Assembly (NCBI GenBank): GCA_964036045.1
Contig: OZ038378.1
Span: 22,444,001-22,508,000 of the forward strand
DNA: 64,000 nucleotides
Reading direction: 5' to 3'
From: Eutreptiella sp. 'Long Island Sound 2002'
Taxonomy: Eukaryota > Protista > Euglenida
The notes beneath the pieces are model-generated. The model worked only from the letters and a program-made list of their open reading frames with translations, had not been told where the DNA came from and did not search any database. The translations under genes were made by a program, and so were the position numbers. Below, piece by piece: positions 48,985 through 61,004 of the stretch (position 1 is the first letter of the stretch; each line of letters opens with the position of its first letter).

Positions 48985-51099
48985 CCTTTTGTTTGCCACT
49001 TTCCTTGCTCCCACATTTCCCCCATTTTCCCATTTTGGTGTTCAAAGTCTTTTTTACTTTTGTACTGCCATGTTTCTGATTGTCCAAGGTGGTTCCCCAA
49101 TGATTTTTCAATTGTGTCCTCCCTTTTTGTTTTTTTCATTTGGGGGGGGGGGTTGATTTAGATTTAGGCATAGTTTCTCCCAATTTCCTTTGGGCATTAG
49201 ACCCCTAGACCCACCTCCAGTAGATAAGAACATCAGACATCTTCTTGGACAGACCGCACACACAACATCCCTTATCAGACATCAGACATCAGACTTTATA
49301 CACATAGCTGGTGCTTCCTTTGTAATTTTCCCGTTGAATCACACCCCGGGGGGGGTGGGTGGCATTTATCTGTATCTGGACGACCTATTGATCACCATCC
49401 CGTAAGGGTGCATAGACAGGGCTGTTACATTTGTAATGAAATACCTTAGCCGTTTTTCGGCCATTTCAGGCTTGCACATCAACCTAGGCAAGTCGGCATT
49501 TGTACTAAAAGGACACATAGGTCCCGACGTGCTGCAACAGTTCAAAAAGGTTGGACTGCAGCAACAACAATATGTCAAACATGTGGGTGTCAAGGTAGGA
49601 CACCTTATGGTCAAGGAACCCTATTTAGGCCCCCTTCCAGGAGGCATTCTGTAGAGCATGCATCTTCTCACACTTAGGTCTCAGTGTAGCAGAAAAACGT
49701 ATACTGCTTAAGGTGTGGGTCTTGCGTACACTACCGCTGACTGCAGGTACATATGTGGCAGACAGGTCAATCATATACACAGTGCACCAGGTATAACATG
49801 TCCTTTTTGGCTTTGAGAGTCGGGGGCTTACCTGCCATCAACGGTCACAAAGCAAGGAAAGCGTAGGTTATGAGCTACCTCTGCCTGAGCCCTAGCTCCA
49901 AGCCCAAGGGGCACTGGCCAGTGTCTAGTTTTTCTCATAGCCTTTGCGCTTCCCACATAACGTGCGAGCACACTTCGAACATTTTTGTGTACGCCATGTC
50001 GTGCTGCCGCAAGCCTCAGGCCTAGTGTGGCTTCGCCAGGGAAAGTGCCACAGTTCACCCTGGGCTACATTGCTACCTGCCTACAAGCCCATTCTCACTA
50101 ACGCGGCGCCATGTTCGGGTGTGCTCCACAGGGGATATCATGGAAGCACTGCTGTGGCATTGTTGCCTTTTTGCCAATGAACACGACCACACATATTTCA
50201 ACACTCCCCTCCTTCGGGCAGGTGTACACAAGGTGAAGTGTCTATTTTCAGCGGCAAGCTAGCCCCACCCACAGCTCATCAAGCACCTCCCACCCTGCTC
50301 ATCAAGCACCTCCCACCCTCATGGAGGTCCTTTCAAGCTTTCCAAAAACTCCCACTCAATGACCGGTCCGTCCTGTCGGTGTGGGTAGGGATGTGGGCCA
50401 AAGCCCAATCCCTTGCACTAGTGGCTCCTTCCAAGCGGGTAACGCACAGCCTGGAGTCGGACGCATGGGCCGTGTTTGGAATACCCCCCTTCCTCCCTCA
50501 TTGCGGCACTTCATTTACCAGAGTATGTGGTGTAAGCTGTTGGTTAGGGTTAGAATCTTCCCTTGGTTGCAAGTTAAAGGCTGTCCACGGTCGGGAAGGA
50601 AGAAATAGTTCGCCATGCCCTCAAGTATTGCAAGTTTTTCAAGCATGTGCAGTGAGCAATGCAGTCGTGTTTCGGGGACTGGCACATCCAAGGTAAGACA
50701 GGACCATGGGTACAGCTCCCCATTGGTCAAACCCTGCGGATAGTACGAGGCATTATGCTGTGGTGTGCATGCAAGGCGCACCGGGGTGCCTAGTGTGCAG
50801 CATCTATGGGGGCCTCACCTAGCATTGAGGACTTTGTCACCAAGTGGGCCGGGGAGATTCATTTGGCAACCCGGTGGGGGCCACTCAAGCATCGCGGTGA
50901 GGAACTCGCGGATTTTCACGGAATCCTCCTCTTTTTCTTCACGGAGGAGGCAGTGCCACAACGACATGTTAACTGGCGGCAATACTGCCCCATCGCTGTC
51001 CCCGATACGTCTTTTGATCTGAAGCGACAAAGACGGGAAGAGCGCAAGCCCACAGTTGCGGAACAAGTAAAGGCCTTGGTCCGCACTTGCCTCAGGGAG

Positions 51100-51510
51100 G
51101 GGTGGCATACTTTTTTTTTCGATGGGTCTGCCAAACGCTATGATAAATGTGGTTACGGGGGGATATGGATGCTATTTTCCGGGCCAGTGGACTCGCGGCA
51201 CCCCTTGATGAAGATCAACGACAGACCAACGACATGGCGGAACTCAACGCGGCCATCGCAGCCGGCCTCAAGGTTACACAGCGCACAGTGATTTTTGGGG
51301 ACTCTGGATGTGTTCTAGACAACGTTAAAAGAGAAGCGTACAAATGGCGTTGCAATGGTTGGTGCAGTCCAAAAGGCAGAGTACCAAACTCCATGTTATG
51401 GGATGCATTGCTCCAGGTCATCGACTCGAACCCCCATCTCATCAAGTGGGTGTGGTCCCCATGACACCAGGGTATTCCAGGGGACGAGCAGGCAGACGAA
51501 CGGGCTTCAG
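51100..51510 (+). pseudogene. Cellular-type RNase HI domain at LINE C-terminus
   Basis: FFFDGSAK, QTNDMAELNAAI, IFGDSGCV, KWRCNGW..KG.VPNSMLW..L, WVWSP*HQGIPGDEQADERA; one frameshift and one TGA. Confidence 0.85.
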
Positions 51511-51992
51511 GGGGTTGTTGTGTGCACCCCTTCTATCTCATTGCTAGGTCAGCCCCCCCCCCCCCAAGAAAAAACCAGTAGGTTCACCGCTGAGCCTAGA
51601 TGTGCCACGCAAGGTGGCAACCTCACACATCCTCCTCTTGGACGAGGAGGATGTGTTTTGCCTCCAGGCATCGCTTTTCACAACCCCATCGTCTGTTACA
51701 CGGTCCCCAGATACACGGTCAGGCAACTGTTTTGTGTAGCCTAGTCCGTGATACTCTTCAGTTGAAACCCGACAAGTGAATGTGTTGAGGTGTTGTTTTG
51801 TTGTGCCATGTTTAAGGGCAGGAGGGATGTTTGCACAAGTGCGGCACCCAAGGGTTATTTGTCCCTAGGGGGCATTTTGCGAGGTGTGTCAAAGCCAGCC
51901 CCTTACGGGTAAACACGTTGGAAAAGTAGCGCACGACGCGCACGCGGCGCAGATACTCCCCCAACACGGAGGGGGCGACTCCGCGGGTCCCA

Positions 51993-52632
51993 GGACGCCA
52001 ACTACCCCTGCCCCCCCCCCCCCCCCCTAGGGGCCTTCGGCCAACAGTTAGTTGCCAAAGGTGTCGCCCTCAGGCGTCCATGGGCGCCAAAGGCGCCCGA
52101 TGCTCCATGAACACCAAAGGTGCCCTAAGGAAAATTTTGTCCAATTTGCACCCCAACACTATCCTTAAACCCAACCTTGACTCTAACACCCACCCCCAAC
52201 CCTCAGCCTACTCCTATCCCTACACCTAACCCTAACCCTAACCGTAACCCTAGCCCTAGCCCTAGCTCTCACCCTAGGCTAGGGTCAGAGAGAGTGTTGG
52301 GGTCCAAAATGGAGAGCAATGATGTGGCAAAAGCAGCCATGAACGAAATTGGGGGGATCTTGTTCAGCCCAATCAACATGGCTGGCATGGCCAAACCAGC
52401 TGGCTGCAAAGGTTAGGGTTAGGTTTATGGTGATGCTATGGTTAGAGGGAGGGCAAGGGGAGGTAAGGGGAGCCTGTGCCCCCCCCCCCCCCCTCCACAC
52501 CCCAAATCGCCCCACCTGGACCCCCCCCCCAACCGACCCTCCCGGAGTCCCCCCCCCCCATCACCCCTCCTAGACCCCCCCCCCCCCAAGGGGCCTCCGG
52601 CCAACAGTTAGTTGGGGGGGTAGTTGGCGTCC
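51993..52632. mobile_element. MITE-like element with 16-bp inverted repeats and internal telomere-like repeats
   Basis: ggacgccaactacccc (51993-52008) / ggggtagttggcgtcc (52617-52632); CCCTAA-like run ~52170-52270 and GGTTAG-like run ~52411-52446. True termini and TSD not identified. Confidence 0.5.
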
Positions 52633-52919
52633 AAAACCGAGGGGTTGCCCCCCCCGGGTCCCCCAATGGATACACTTGAACACCGTGTGCAGCGTTGAAA
52701 CCAGCTTGAGAGGCTAGAGTAGCCGAAAAAATCTCATGATTTGGCTGTGCTAGAAACCCATACCTTGTGATACTGGGGGAATCATTGTTGTTTGATAGCA
52801 TGTTTGATGCTTGTTCCACATTGGGAATATGGCATTTTTGGATTTCCACCCAATTTCACCCATATCAACCCCTCTCTTCACACATTTTTTGCTCGTTTCC
52901 ACCAAATGTACTCCTTTCT

Positions 52920-53070
52920 AGGTTGGTGGTCTCCCCACCATGGGGACCTGAGAAGGCAAGGGTGATGTAGCCATATTGATTTCTCCCCACGATGCTGACC
53001 CCGAGAAGGCAAGGGTGATGTTACCATCTTGATCTCTCCCCACCATGGGGACCCTGAGAAGGCATGGGTG
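52920..53070 (+). repeat. ~55-bp tandem repeat family; second cluster at ~56955-57060
   Basis: ccccaccatgggga(c)ccgagaaggca(a/g)gggtgatgtagccatattgat(c/t)tctcc units in both clusters. Confidence 0.8.
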
Positions 53071-53084
53071 ATTTTCCCCCCCTT

Positions 53085-53762
53085 CCCTGAAATCTCCGCC
53101 CCCTTGCAATCCCCCCCCCCCCCCAGAGGGGGGAACTCACCTTGACAATAGTTTTTTCTGCCGTGCTCCCTTGTTCTTCCTTTGCTGGTGCCCCCTGCTA
53201 GCCTTGACTCCTCTTTGCATTGAGACGCAAACTTACGCTATAGGCGCGCATGTTTAGTACCACTCTTGTAGCAAGGGTGCCCCGCTTTTGGCAACCGTCA
53301 TTGGTCCCTGGCCCTCTGGACTTGAGTTCCTACATGTTCAATACTAGGGTGTTGGGGACAAGGTGGTGGATCATGCAGCAGCCAAGTTATCTCAGTTGCA
53401 GGCAGTATACGATGCATCTCCGAGTCGCCAGGATCTCCCGATGTTGCAGCCCCTGCTAGTTCAGCAGGAATTCTTATTTTTTAGTCCAACGTCACCCACG
53501 GGCCCAAATTATGCACCTTGCAGCAACTGCTGGTACACCAGGATTTTTTCATTTTTCAGTGTGATGCAACCCATGTCACCCACAGCCGCCAATTTTGCAC
53601 CATGCAGAAAACCCATAGGGGCACACCGGCGAAAAACTTGATGTATAGTCGCAGCTATGAAGTGATATGTTTTTGTGGTCCCCCCCCCTGAGGGGGGAAC
53701 GGTCATGTTGTGCCCATCCTCTCCCTAGGGGGGGGACGACAAAAGGGGGGAGATTTCAAGGG
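53085..53762. mobile_element. Probable MITE inserted into the 55-bp repeat cluster
   Basis: ccctgaaatctcc (53085-53097) vs ggagatttcaaggg (53749-53762), imperfect inverted repeat; gccatattgatttct resumes after 53762. Confidence 0.4.
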
Positions 53763-54939
53763 CGAGGAGTCGCCATATTGATTTCTTTCCACTATACCTC
53801 TACCCTCCATATGGCTCATGGGAACACGACCCTGCGCATTTATGGGCCTCACTTATGCGGATGACAAAGATGGTGAGGGTGTTGTAGGTGACGAGGGGGA
53901 TGTATGTGCCCTTTGTTGCACCAAGTGTGGCCGTGAAAACATGTCCGTATGTGGCAAGTGTTAGCTACATTATTGAGCTAGGGTAGTTGGGGTCGCCAAA
54001 TTTTAAGGACTTCTGGAAGGGGCGTGCCTCGGGGCTCTTCAGGGCGAATCTAGTCTAAAAGTACTGTGCAGTGTGCATGCAGTGCAAGGACGCCCCATGT
54101 GAGCCTTAAGATTGGCCACCAAATCCAAAATCCCCCCCCCCCCCTTAGCCCCCCCCCCCTGTGGGGGCCTCCTATCAGCTCTGATGGTTTTAGCACCGCT
54201 GTTAGTGAAACGCAGCTGTCCTAAGGTCCTAAGGTAGTCTACAACTTTTGAACATTGGCCTGCCTTTCTTTTGGATGATCCACAATCCACAAGGGTTCAC
54301 ACACACAGTGCCCCTAAACATACTTTTAAAATTTTTGCCTGAATTCTCAATCTACCCATCTCACAGGCCAAAGCAGTGCCGAGATAAGGATGATGAGTTT
54401 TTCAGACTACTGGTCTTGCATTGACAGTTGTCCATACATGTTGTCTAGCTGGTATCAAAATTCCATTGTTTATAGCTGTTGGCAGTGTGATGGATTGCAC
54501 ACAACATATTGGACAAACGGTTGAAAGTGCCTATTGGGGGACGTATTGCGCGTTGTGCGCGCGTTGTGCACAAAGTTTGCATAGGACCATACCCAAACTA
54601 CATAGTAGTGCCTAGTATCATCAACAATGAGCCCCGTTGTGCATTTATATGACTTGCATGCCTAGCCCTCATTTCTAGTGCATTTTGTGTGTGTTGTTGT
54701 GCATGTCACTCAAAAAGGGTACCCGATTCGGTGCTATGGTGATACATTCGGGTACCCTGTTCGGGGGCCTCCACTAGTTTGCTGTCTCTCAGACCTTCAT
54801 GTCCACATCCATGGAAAGGGATGACCGGGTGCGGTCACCTTCACCGCCGCCCTCTCCCTGTCAGCCCGGCCGTAGTCTCCTCGCTTCGTCGGAGGCTAAG
54901 CGGCGCGATCCTCCGCCATCGCGGTGGTCGTTATAATAT

Positions 54940-55500
54940 GGGACAAATATGGTCCATCAAGGAAGCTGGGTCTATTCAAGGATTTTGAGGTGCTGAATCA
55001 TGATGGTGCATATAAAGGCCGCATGCATTCACAGACTCCTTTTTCATCGGCCGCAAGTTTCTTACAAAATGGGAGACTCCTTTTTCATCGGCCGCAAGTT
55101 TCTTACAAAATGGGAAAGAGAGTATAATAATGTGCATGGCTATTATCATGCTCGTATTGAGCACCTCTTTGCTTGTCTATGGCATTGGAAGGTCATTCGA
55201 GACATTTGGATGGGTTCCGCCCGTGACCATGCCAATACCCGCATTCTTTTGCATTCTACACAATTGTAGCGCCATCGGCAGAAGGTGTATCAACCCTACG
55301 GACCTTGGGAGCATTTCCCTTCTTCCATTTCGCGTGACGAGGAAGCACCTCCTTTGGAGCTTGACTCGGATGATACGTATTTGTGCCAATTGTGTGCACA
55401 CAAGGAGGCTTCAAAGTGCTGCCAATGCCATCTATTTTTGTGCAATAAATGCATGGCAGATCACTTGTGTGACTTGCCACATGATCAGCCATAATTATAT
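54940..55500 (+). pseudogene. PIF/Harbinger-like (DDE_Tnp_4) transposase C-terminal remnant followed by a Cys/His finger
   Basis: HDGAYKG ... EREYNNVHGYYHARIEHLFACLWHWKVI matches DGAY..E..YN..H...R..IE..FG.L; then CQLC..KCCQCHLFLCNKCMADHLC. Frameshifted by a 41-bp duplication. Confidence 0.65.
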
Positions 55501-58182
55501 TGTCATGTTGTCCACTTAAAACAGTCAAAAAAACTGCATATTTCGAATGATTTCTGTTCACGTGTGTTGATTGTGCATGTGCTTTCCACTATGTTATAAG
55601 GTGCTATTCAGGTTCCAATTCGGGGCCTTGGGTGGCTTAGGGAGGGGGTGAAACATCAGGTTGTGCAAAATTGTGGGGGTGTAGCACAGAGGCAAGAATA
55701 TTGCCAATGGTAGCAAAAATCCCAATTTCCCCCTGTAATGTACGCGCCGCGCGCATGCTGTGCGCGCGGCGCATGCGCCGCGCGCACACTGTGCACACAC
55801 GCCCCCATTCAGTCAATTCAGTCACTGAGAACCGACCATTACTCTCTCTCCAAGGTGCCTCCGGCCAGCAGTTAGTGAAGCTGTGGTCCATGTCCAGGAG
55901 TCGGCCCCCCCATGATCGCGCAATGCATGGCACAACGTAGAGGGCACAACACAAATGGGACCATACGGCTCATGCCATACCACAAGGATAGTGCTGAGGT
56001 CATTTGGCACTGAAATTGCAACACACAGTCAAGATGAGAGAGGGCGCACCTGATTTGCGGCACATAGCCCCTTGTGAACATAGTTTGTAGCATACAGCTT
56101 GCTCTAGACACAGTCTCCATGGCACGCCTCCCTTTGGACTCAGCAGTGTGTAGGTTCCTTTGGACGCAACTTTGAGTGCGCACCTTCCTCTTGGGTGTAG
56201 TCTGCCGTGTGCAGGTTCCTTTGGACATAGCTCGCAGTGCGCAGCTTCCTTTGGATGCGAATTGCAAGATAACCTTTCAAGCACACCGTCCAACCAAGCC
56301 TTCCACGCGATGCATCACTCAATGGCATGCCTCCTCTAGGAAGCCTCACATGTACGCAGTACCCAACTCCACCACAACATGACACATGGGCCGACACGCA
56401 TGGTAATGCTCATAGCCCTGCGGATGCGACCAGCCAAAGGTCCGCACAACCAATTGCCCGTCTAGGTATGTGGGATGGTTGGCCAAACCTCCACTACGTT
56501 GGCACCCCTCCAAGGGTGCACAGTGGACTATGCGAAAATTCGGCTATTTTGGACCCATTTTCCTTGGTGTCCAAGGTCACCATGGTAACCCATGTGTTCC
56601 CACACAGAGCACTGCCCCAGATTCCTACTCAATCCCAAAACTCAGCTAATGAGTTACCAGGCCCAAGCAACTGCGATACCCACTCTTGACAAAAGTGAAG
56701 GTTGCGTTTGATGTGCATTGGTGGGGAATGCTAACCCACGAGCCGTTGACATATTTGCAAGCATTCTACCAAGCTCATTGAAGAAAGGAAGTGATGTTGC
56801 CCCTTTCCGGTTGGGGACATGGGGAACACCCCTTTCCACAAGTATTTTGTTCCATACCAGGTTTTTTTTTTTTAGCTTCTTATGCATTTTGGATGTGGCA
56901 TATTTGAATTGTCACCCATTTTTATCCATTTTTCATCCCTCTTTTCTCCGCACCATGGGGAACCCGAGAAGGCAGGGGCAATGTAGCCATATTGATCTAT
57001 CCCCACCATGGGGACCCCGAGAAGGCAGGGGTGATGTAGCCATATTGATCTCTCCTTGTACCCGTGGTGATTTCTTTGATTTTGAGGTTGGGGGCCATGA
57101 TACATCTACCGGTCCAGAACTGTCCGATGGCGTTGTACTGTGCTCTATACTCTTTTGATCCACCGTTCTTCCGTTTCTTTCCGTTCCATCATACATCGCC
57201 TCAGTCTGGCAAGCGCATGTGCATTATTTGCAGGTTGCTGTGGCACGGGTAATGGCGGAATGAGTGGGGGTTCCAGTGGCTGGGAGAGTACATAGTCGGT
57301 CCAATGCCCGGAGTTTTTCGTTCTGCAGGTGAAAGTGTAGACGGCGCTTACAAGGCTAGATTCATGTCATTGTGCCATTAATCGGAAGAAAGAATGGAAC
57401 TTTGGCGGCCCGGCAATAGTCGTACAATGATCTGCATGGGTGGTATAGGGCACACAATGAGCATTTGTTTGGATAGTTGTGGCATTGGCGTTTGGTTAGG
57501 AACATTTGGTGTGGTGGCCCTAATGAGTTGCACCAGTCAGTGCTTGTTTTGTTGCATTTCATGCAATTTTGCATTCGGAGGCAGGTCTGTCACCCTCCTT
57601 ATGGGCCATGGGACCATGTCCCGCCTCATGTTTGGATTGATAAAAGCAACTGAGCCACCGCGCAAGAAGAGGGAGAGGATGAGGCAGATATGTATGCTTT
57701 GTGTTGTCAGACGCGCTCCACCATCACAGTTTGATGCCCACACTTGTGGGGAACAAGTTGTTTATTAGCCAATACATGATGGATACAGATTGTTGAATTC
57801 AGCTATTTCGAGTTATATAGCGTGCTTTACAGTCCACTCTGGTCGATTTGGGGGGCTCCTATCCTGATTTTCTAGCCTGTAGCCTGGTCCGTGACCATTG
57901 CCTCCCCTGTGGTGTAATCATGAACGTGTTATGTTGCTTGAAGGCTGTGCTGCAGTGCTTGTATTGTGACTGTGATCCTCCTGGTTGGTGTTAAAGTGTT
58001 GTGCGGATATATATTGACAACGGCTTTGTCCAAACATACTGAATAATATTTTGGTTTTGCAGTAGCCCGCAGTCAAATCTGCATCTGTTGATTCCCATTG
58101 CCCACTTTTTTGTTCTTGGCTCTTTCTATTGGTTCAGTTGGTTGTTTTGGTCAGGGCTGAGCGTTGCATTTGCTACAGCACA

Positions 58183-58299
58183 ATGGCGCCAGTGTTCATA
58201 ATCGGGGTTGCTGGTGGCACAGCCTCTGGGAAGACCACCGTGTGCAACAAGATCATGCACGACCTTCAGAAGAGTGGTGAAGTTGCATTGATCAATCAG
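58183..58299 (+). CDS. UCK: Uridine(-cytidine) kinase, exon 1
   Basis: MAPVFIIGVAGGTASGKTTVC P-loop; 39 codons ending INQ then GT donor at 58300; pyrimidine tract and AG upstream. Confidence 0.93.
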
Positions 58300-58415
58300 G
58301 TCTGCAGCAGATGTGCTGTGTGTGCGCATGTGTGTTATTTTGCGTGTCTGCCTGCTTGTTGCGTCTATCATGTGTGTGGCTTTCTCTCTCTGTTGTGTGT
58401 GTGGGGGGGGGGGGG

Positions 58416-59190
58416 CAGGGACTTGCTTTAATTTTCATTCCGGCAGGGGGGGGGACCCCCCCCTGGACCCCCTCCCCCCCTCCCCCCTCAGCTCAAGTGC
58501 AGCTGAAAACCTGGGTTTTGGGAACCTTTTTAGTCATGGGAAAAAATTTTTCGGCGCATGCCATACACTGTGTACATATTGCTCCATGTGTGCTCCATAT
58601 TACCTTGTTTTCCAGACTGCCATGCCCCAACGCTCGTTGTCTGTGTATTTCAGCTCCCCGGTCCCACTGTTGCCACGCGCAAAACGCGAAGACGTAATTG
58701 ACGCGCTGCTCTATTTTAGGTTTAAAGTTAGGATCACCAGTCATAAAAGACAAAAGGCCTACAACGAGGCACAAAAGGCATGTGCCACACTTTTTTTAAG
58801 CATACCAATGGCCACACTGTGCGATAATTTGTCTGATGTCTCCCATTCAGGCAGTCACTCAGGTTCGTCATCATCATCAGGTTCCAGTTGCTCCAGTTCT
58901 AGTTCTGACCGACAAGAAAGGTCACTGTCATTTGGCATGAGATGGTGAATGTCCCGCTTTGTTGTAGTTGTTGTGTATTGGTGAGATGTGGGAACCCTGA
59001 ATTGACATTCAATGATGAATTTCGTTTGTTTACGGCCAACAACATGACATTTCCATGTGCTGAGTTGTTCATTCTCCAGTAATTTTTCTGTTCCCTGTGG
59101 ATTGGGTATGTTCCGGCAGGGGGGCTCCCCCCTGGACCCCCTCCCCTGGACCCCCTCCCCCCCTCCCCCCCCCGCTCAAGCAAGTCCCTG
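58416..59190. mobile_element. 775-bp non-autonomous hAT-type element in uridine kinase intron 1
   Basis: TIRs CAGGGACTTGCTT (58416-58428) / AAGCAAGTCCCTG (59178-59190) are exact reverse complements; flanked by G13 and G11 (compatible with a G8 TSD); direct-oriented subterminal ttccggcaggggg..ctggaccccctccc at both ends. Confidence 0.8.
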
Positions 59191-60884
59191 GGGGGGGGGG
59201 GTGCATGTCTGCTTTTCCTGTTGTCTGGTATATGTGACTGAAGGGCTGGCCATGTGCACCTCAGCAACCAGGATGGCCATCCTGAATGGTATTTTGGCGA
59301 TTTTTTCAATGGGGCTTCAGACATGGGGCGTGGAGGGAGGGTAATGCGCTGGTCTGAGGATGTTTGACGCAGAGCAGGCTTTTTTGGATGTCGGTGGACG
59401 TGGCAACGGGCTCCCTACATTCCAGGCTTCTTTTTTTCTCTCCAAAGAGATCTGTTTGTACTCATCCATAGATGTTGAGGTAGCATCATGGTTGCTGTTC
59501 TTCAGCACATTTTATTCAGTGGAAGCGCATCAAACACCCTTGAATACGCCAAGTTCATGCGTCGCTCCACTGATGTTGCCTCTGTGGCATCTAGAACGCT
59601 GGGGCATCTCACTGTCAGAGAGGGTCGCCATGACAAGGCCTTGCCAACAACCCAGTTGCGTGATCCTGACATTGGATGAGATGAGGCGGTTTTTCCCTGA
59701 CCGCAATCTTTGTCGCCGAGACTGTACCCCGAACACACCCTGTCCAAGCTGTGGCTTGTCCCTGGGGCAGTAGGTGTACAGACTGTATCAAACTGGGACA
59801 TGGCTTGTAGTGCGGTGGCAAGTATAGCTGGATGATTGGTGGGTGGCATTTCACAAACGCTAGCTCATCCCCTAACGCCACGTGTGCTCCTATCAGCGAG
59901 CACGCAGGGGCCACGACTCTCATGGGAGTGGGTTGAGTTCAGGGTGAAGGGGAGAAACATGCATGTGTTTTACTCATGTTGGCTCTTCTACCCCATGCGG
60001 CAAGGCACAGCTTTGCCTGACGTGCAGTCGCCTTATGGACCGTATGATTTTGGTACTGTGCCACACGTTGAACAACCGTGGGCACGCATGCACCTCCGAC
60101 GCCGCAGAAAAAGCATCCCCAGTACAAGTACGGTGTCACGCCGTTTCCCTCGTCTGTCCTGCTGTGTGCTTTCCTCCAATGCCCCATGGGCCCCTGTGCC
60201 AGTTGCTGCCTCTCGCCTGCAGCGGCGCTAGTTGCTGCCCACAGGGGCAGCCATCAGAAACCTGCTCAATCGCACGCCCCACGGCACGTGCCATGCACTC
60301 GAGCCGCCGCTCTGCAGGTGTATCAGCGATCTCAGAGGTTGTATGCAACACATATGTCTTCAACTGAACTGTAATGTGCCTTGGGAACTCTCTTGGTGGA
60401 GCCCTGACCATGCCTGGGGAAACAGGGGCCAAGGTCCCGGCGATGGAATGGCTTGCGCCTGCGACCAACGTGGGTGCCACCCTCTGCCAACCATGCGGCA
60501 TTGCCCCTAGGGATTTTCGAAGCCTGGAGTAGTTGACTATCGCCGGGCCAGTCAAAGCACAGGAGAGAGAGGAGAGGTTGGATGGTCCTGGTTGTGACCC
60601 GAGACCGTGGCACATCTGATGGCCCATCGGGTTATTGAGGGCATAACTCGGTAGTTTGGTGCAGTGGATGATCAACGGTGCGTTAACTTCTTGTGTGCAA
60701 TCGACGCACTAAGTGTTTCTGGCATGAGTGTAGGATCATGCTGCGTATTCCAGAATGTACAGAATGAAGACGGATGTGGGGCATTTGGCATGCGCAGGTA
60801 ATAGATCCGCCCACGCTTGCAGGGAACTGCTCAGCGCCATATTACAAGTGTCTCGTTGCCCATGCATTGGCTTCTTTCTTTCAG

Positions 60885-61004
60885 GACAGCTTCTACAAGG
60901 CCCTGACGGAGCAGCAGCGCGCTGATGTGGTAAATTACAATTTTGATCATCCTGACGCGATGGATCATGATGCTCTGATCAATGTTGTGCAGGAGTTGCG
61001 AGAG
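60885..61004 (+). CDS. UCK: Uridine kinase, exon 2
   Basis: ttctttctttcAG|DSFYKALTEQQRADVVNYNFDHPDAMDHDALINVVQELRE|GT; 40 codons, phase 0 join gives NQDSFY and NFDHPDA signatures. Later exons not found in the window. Confidence 0.93.

Larger units (their letters stand above)
42405..49310. mobile_element. Non-autonomous hAT-type DNA transposon, 6,906 bp, carrying a PKS exon and two satellites
   Basis: TIRs CAGCTATGTGTATA (42405-42418) and TATACACATAGCTG (49297-49310) are exact reverse complements. TSD GTGCTTCC at 42397-42404 and 49311-49318. (ATCAGAC)3 blocks in direct orientation near both ends. RT continues across the junction. Confidence 0.9.
42080..51520 (+). mobile_element. 5'-truncated L1/Tx1-like LINE (RT - zf-RVT - RNase HI), split by a 6.9-kb insertion
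   Basis: MDCSNAFPTLSH and GIRPGDLFSPLLF before 42405; ASFVIFPL..YLYLDDLL, SGLHINLGKS, YVKHVG after 49318; FIYQSMWCKL..CPRS..RHALKYC ~50510-50640; RNase H 51100-51510. Confidence 0.88.

Noticed and set aside
45875-49156. Very long ORFs (up to 746 aa) of WGPMGAYGGL repeats
   Set aside because: Open in all three + frames because the 10-bp unit lacks stop codons; satellite artefact.
50236-50252. agtgtctatttt resembling the 3' part of the Euglena spliced leader
   Set aside because: 12-nt match within LINE coding remnant, with no GT donor or Sm site; expected by chance.
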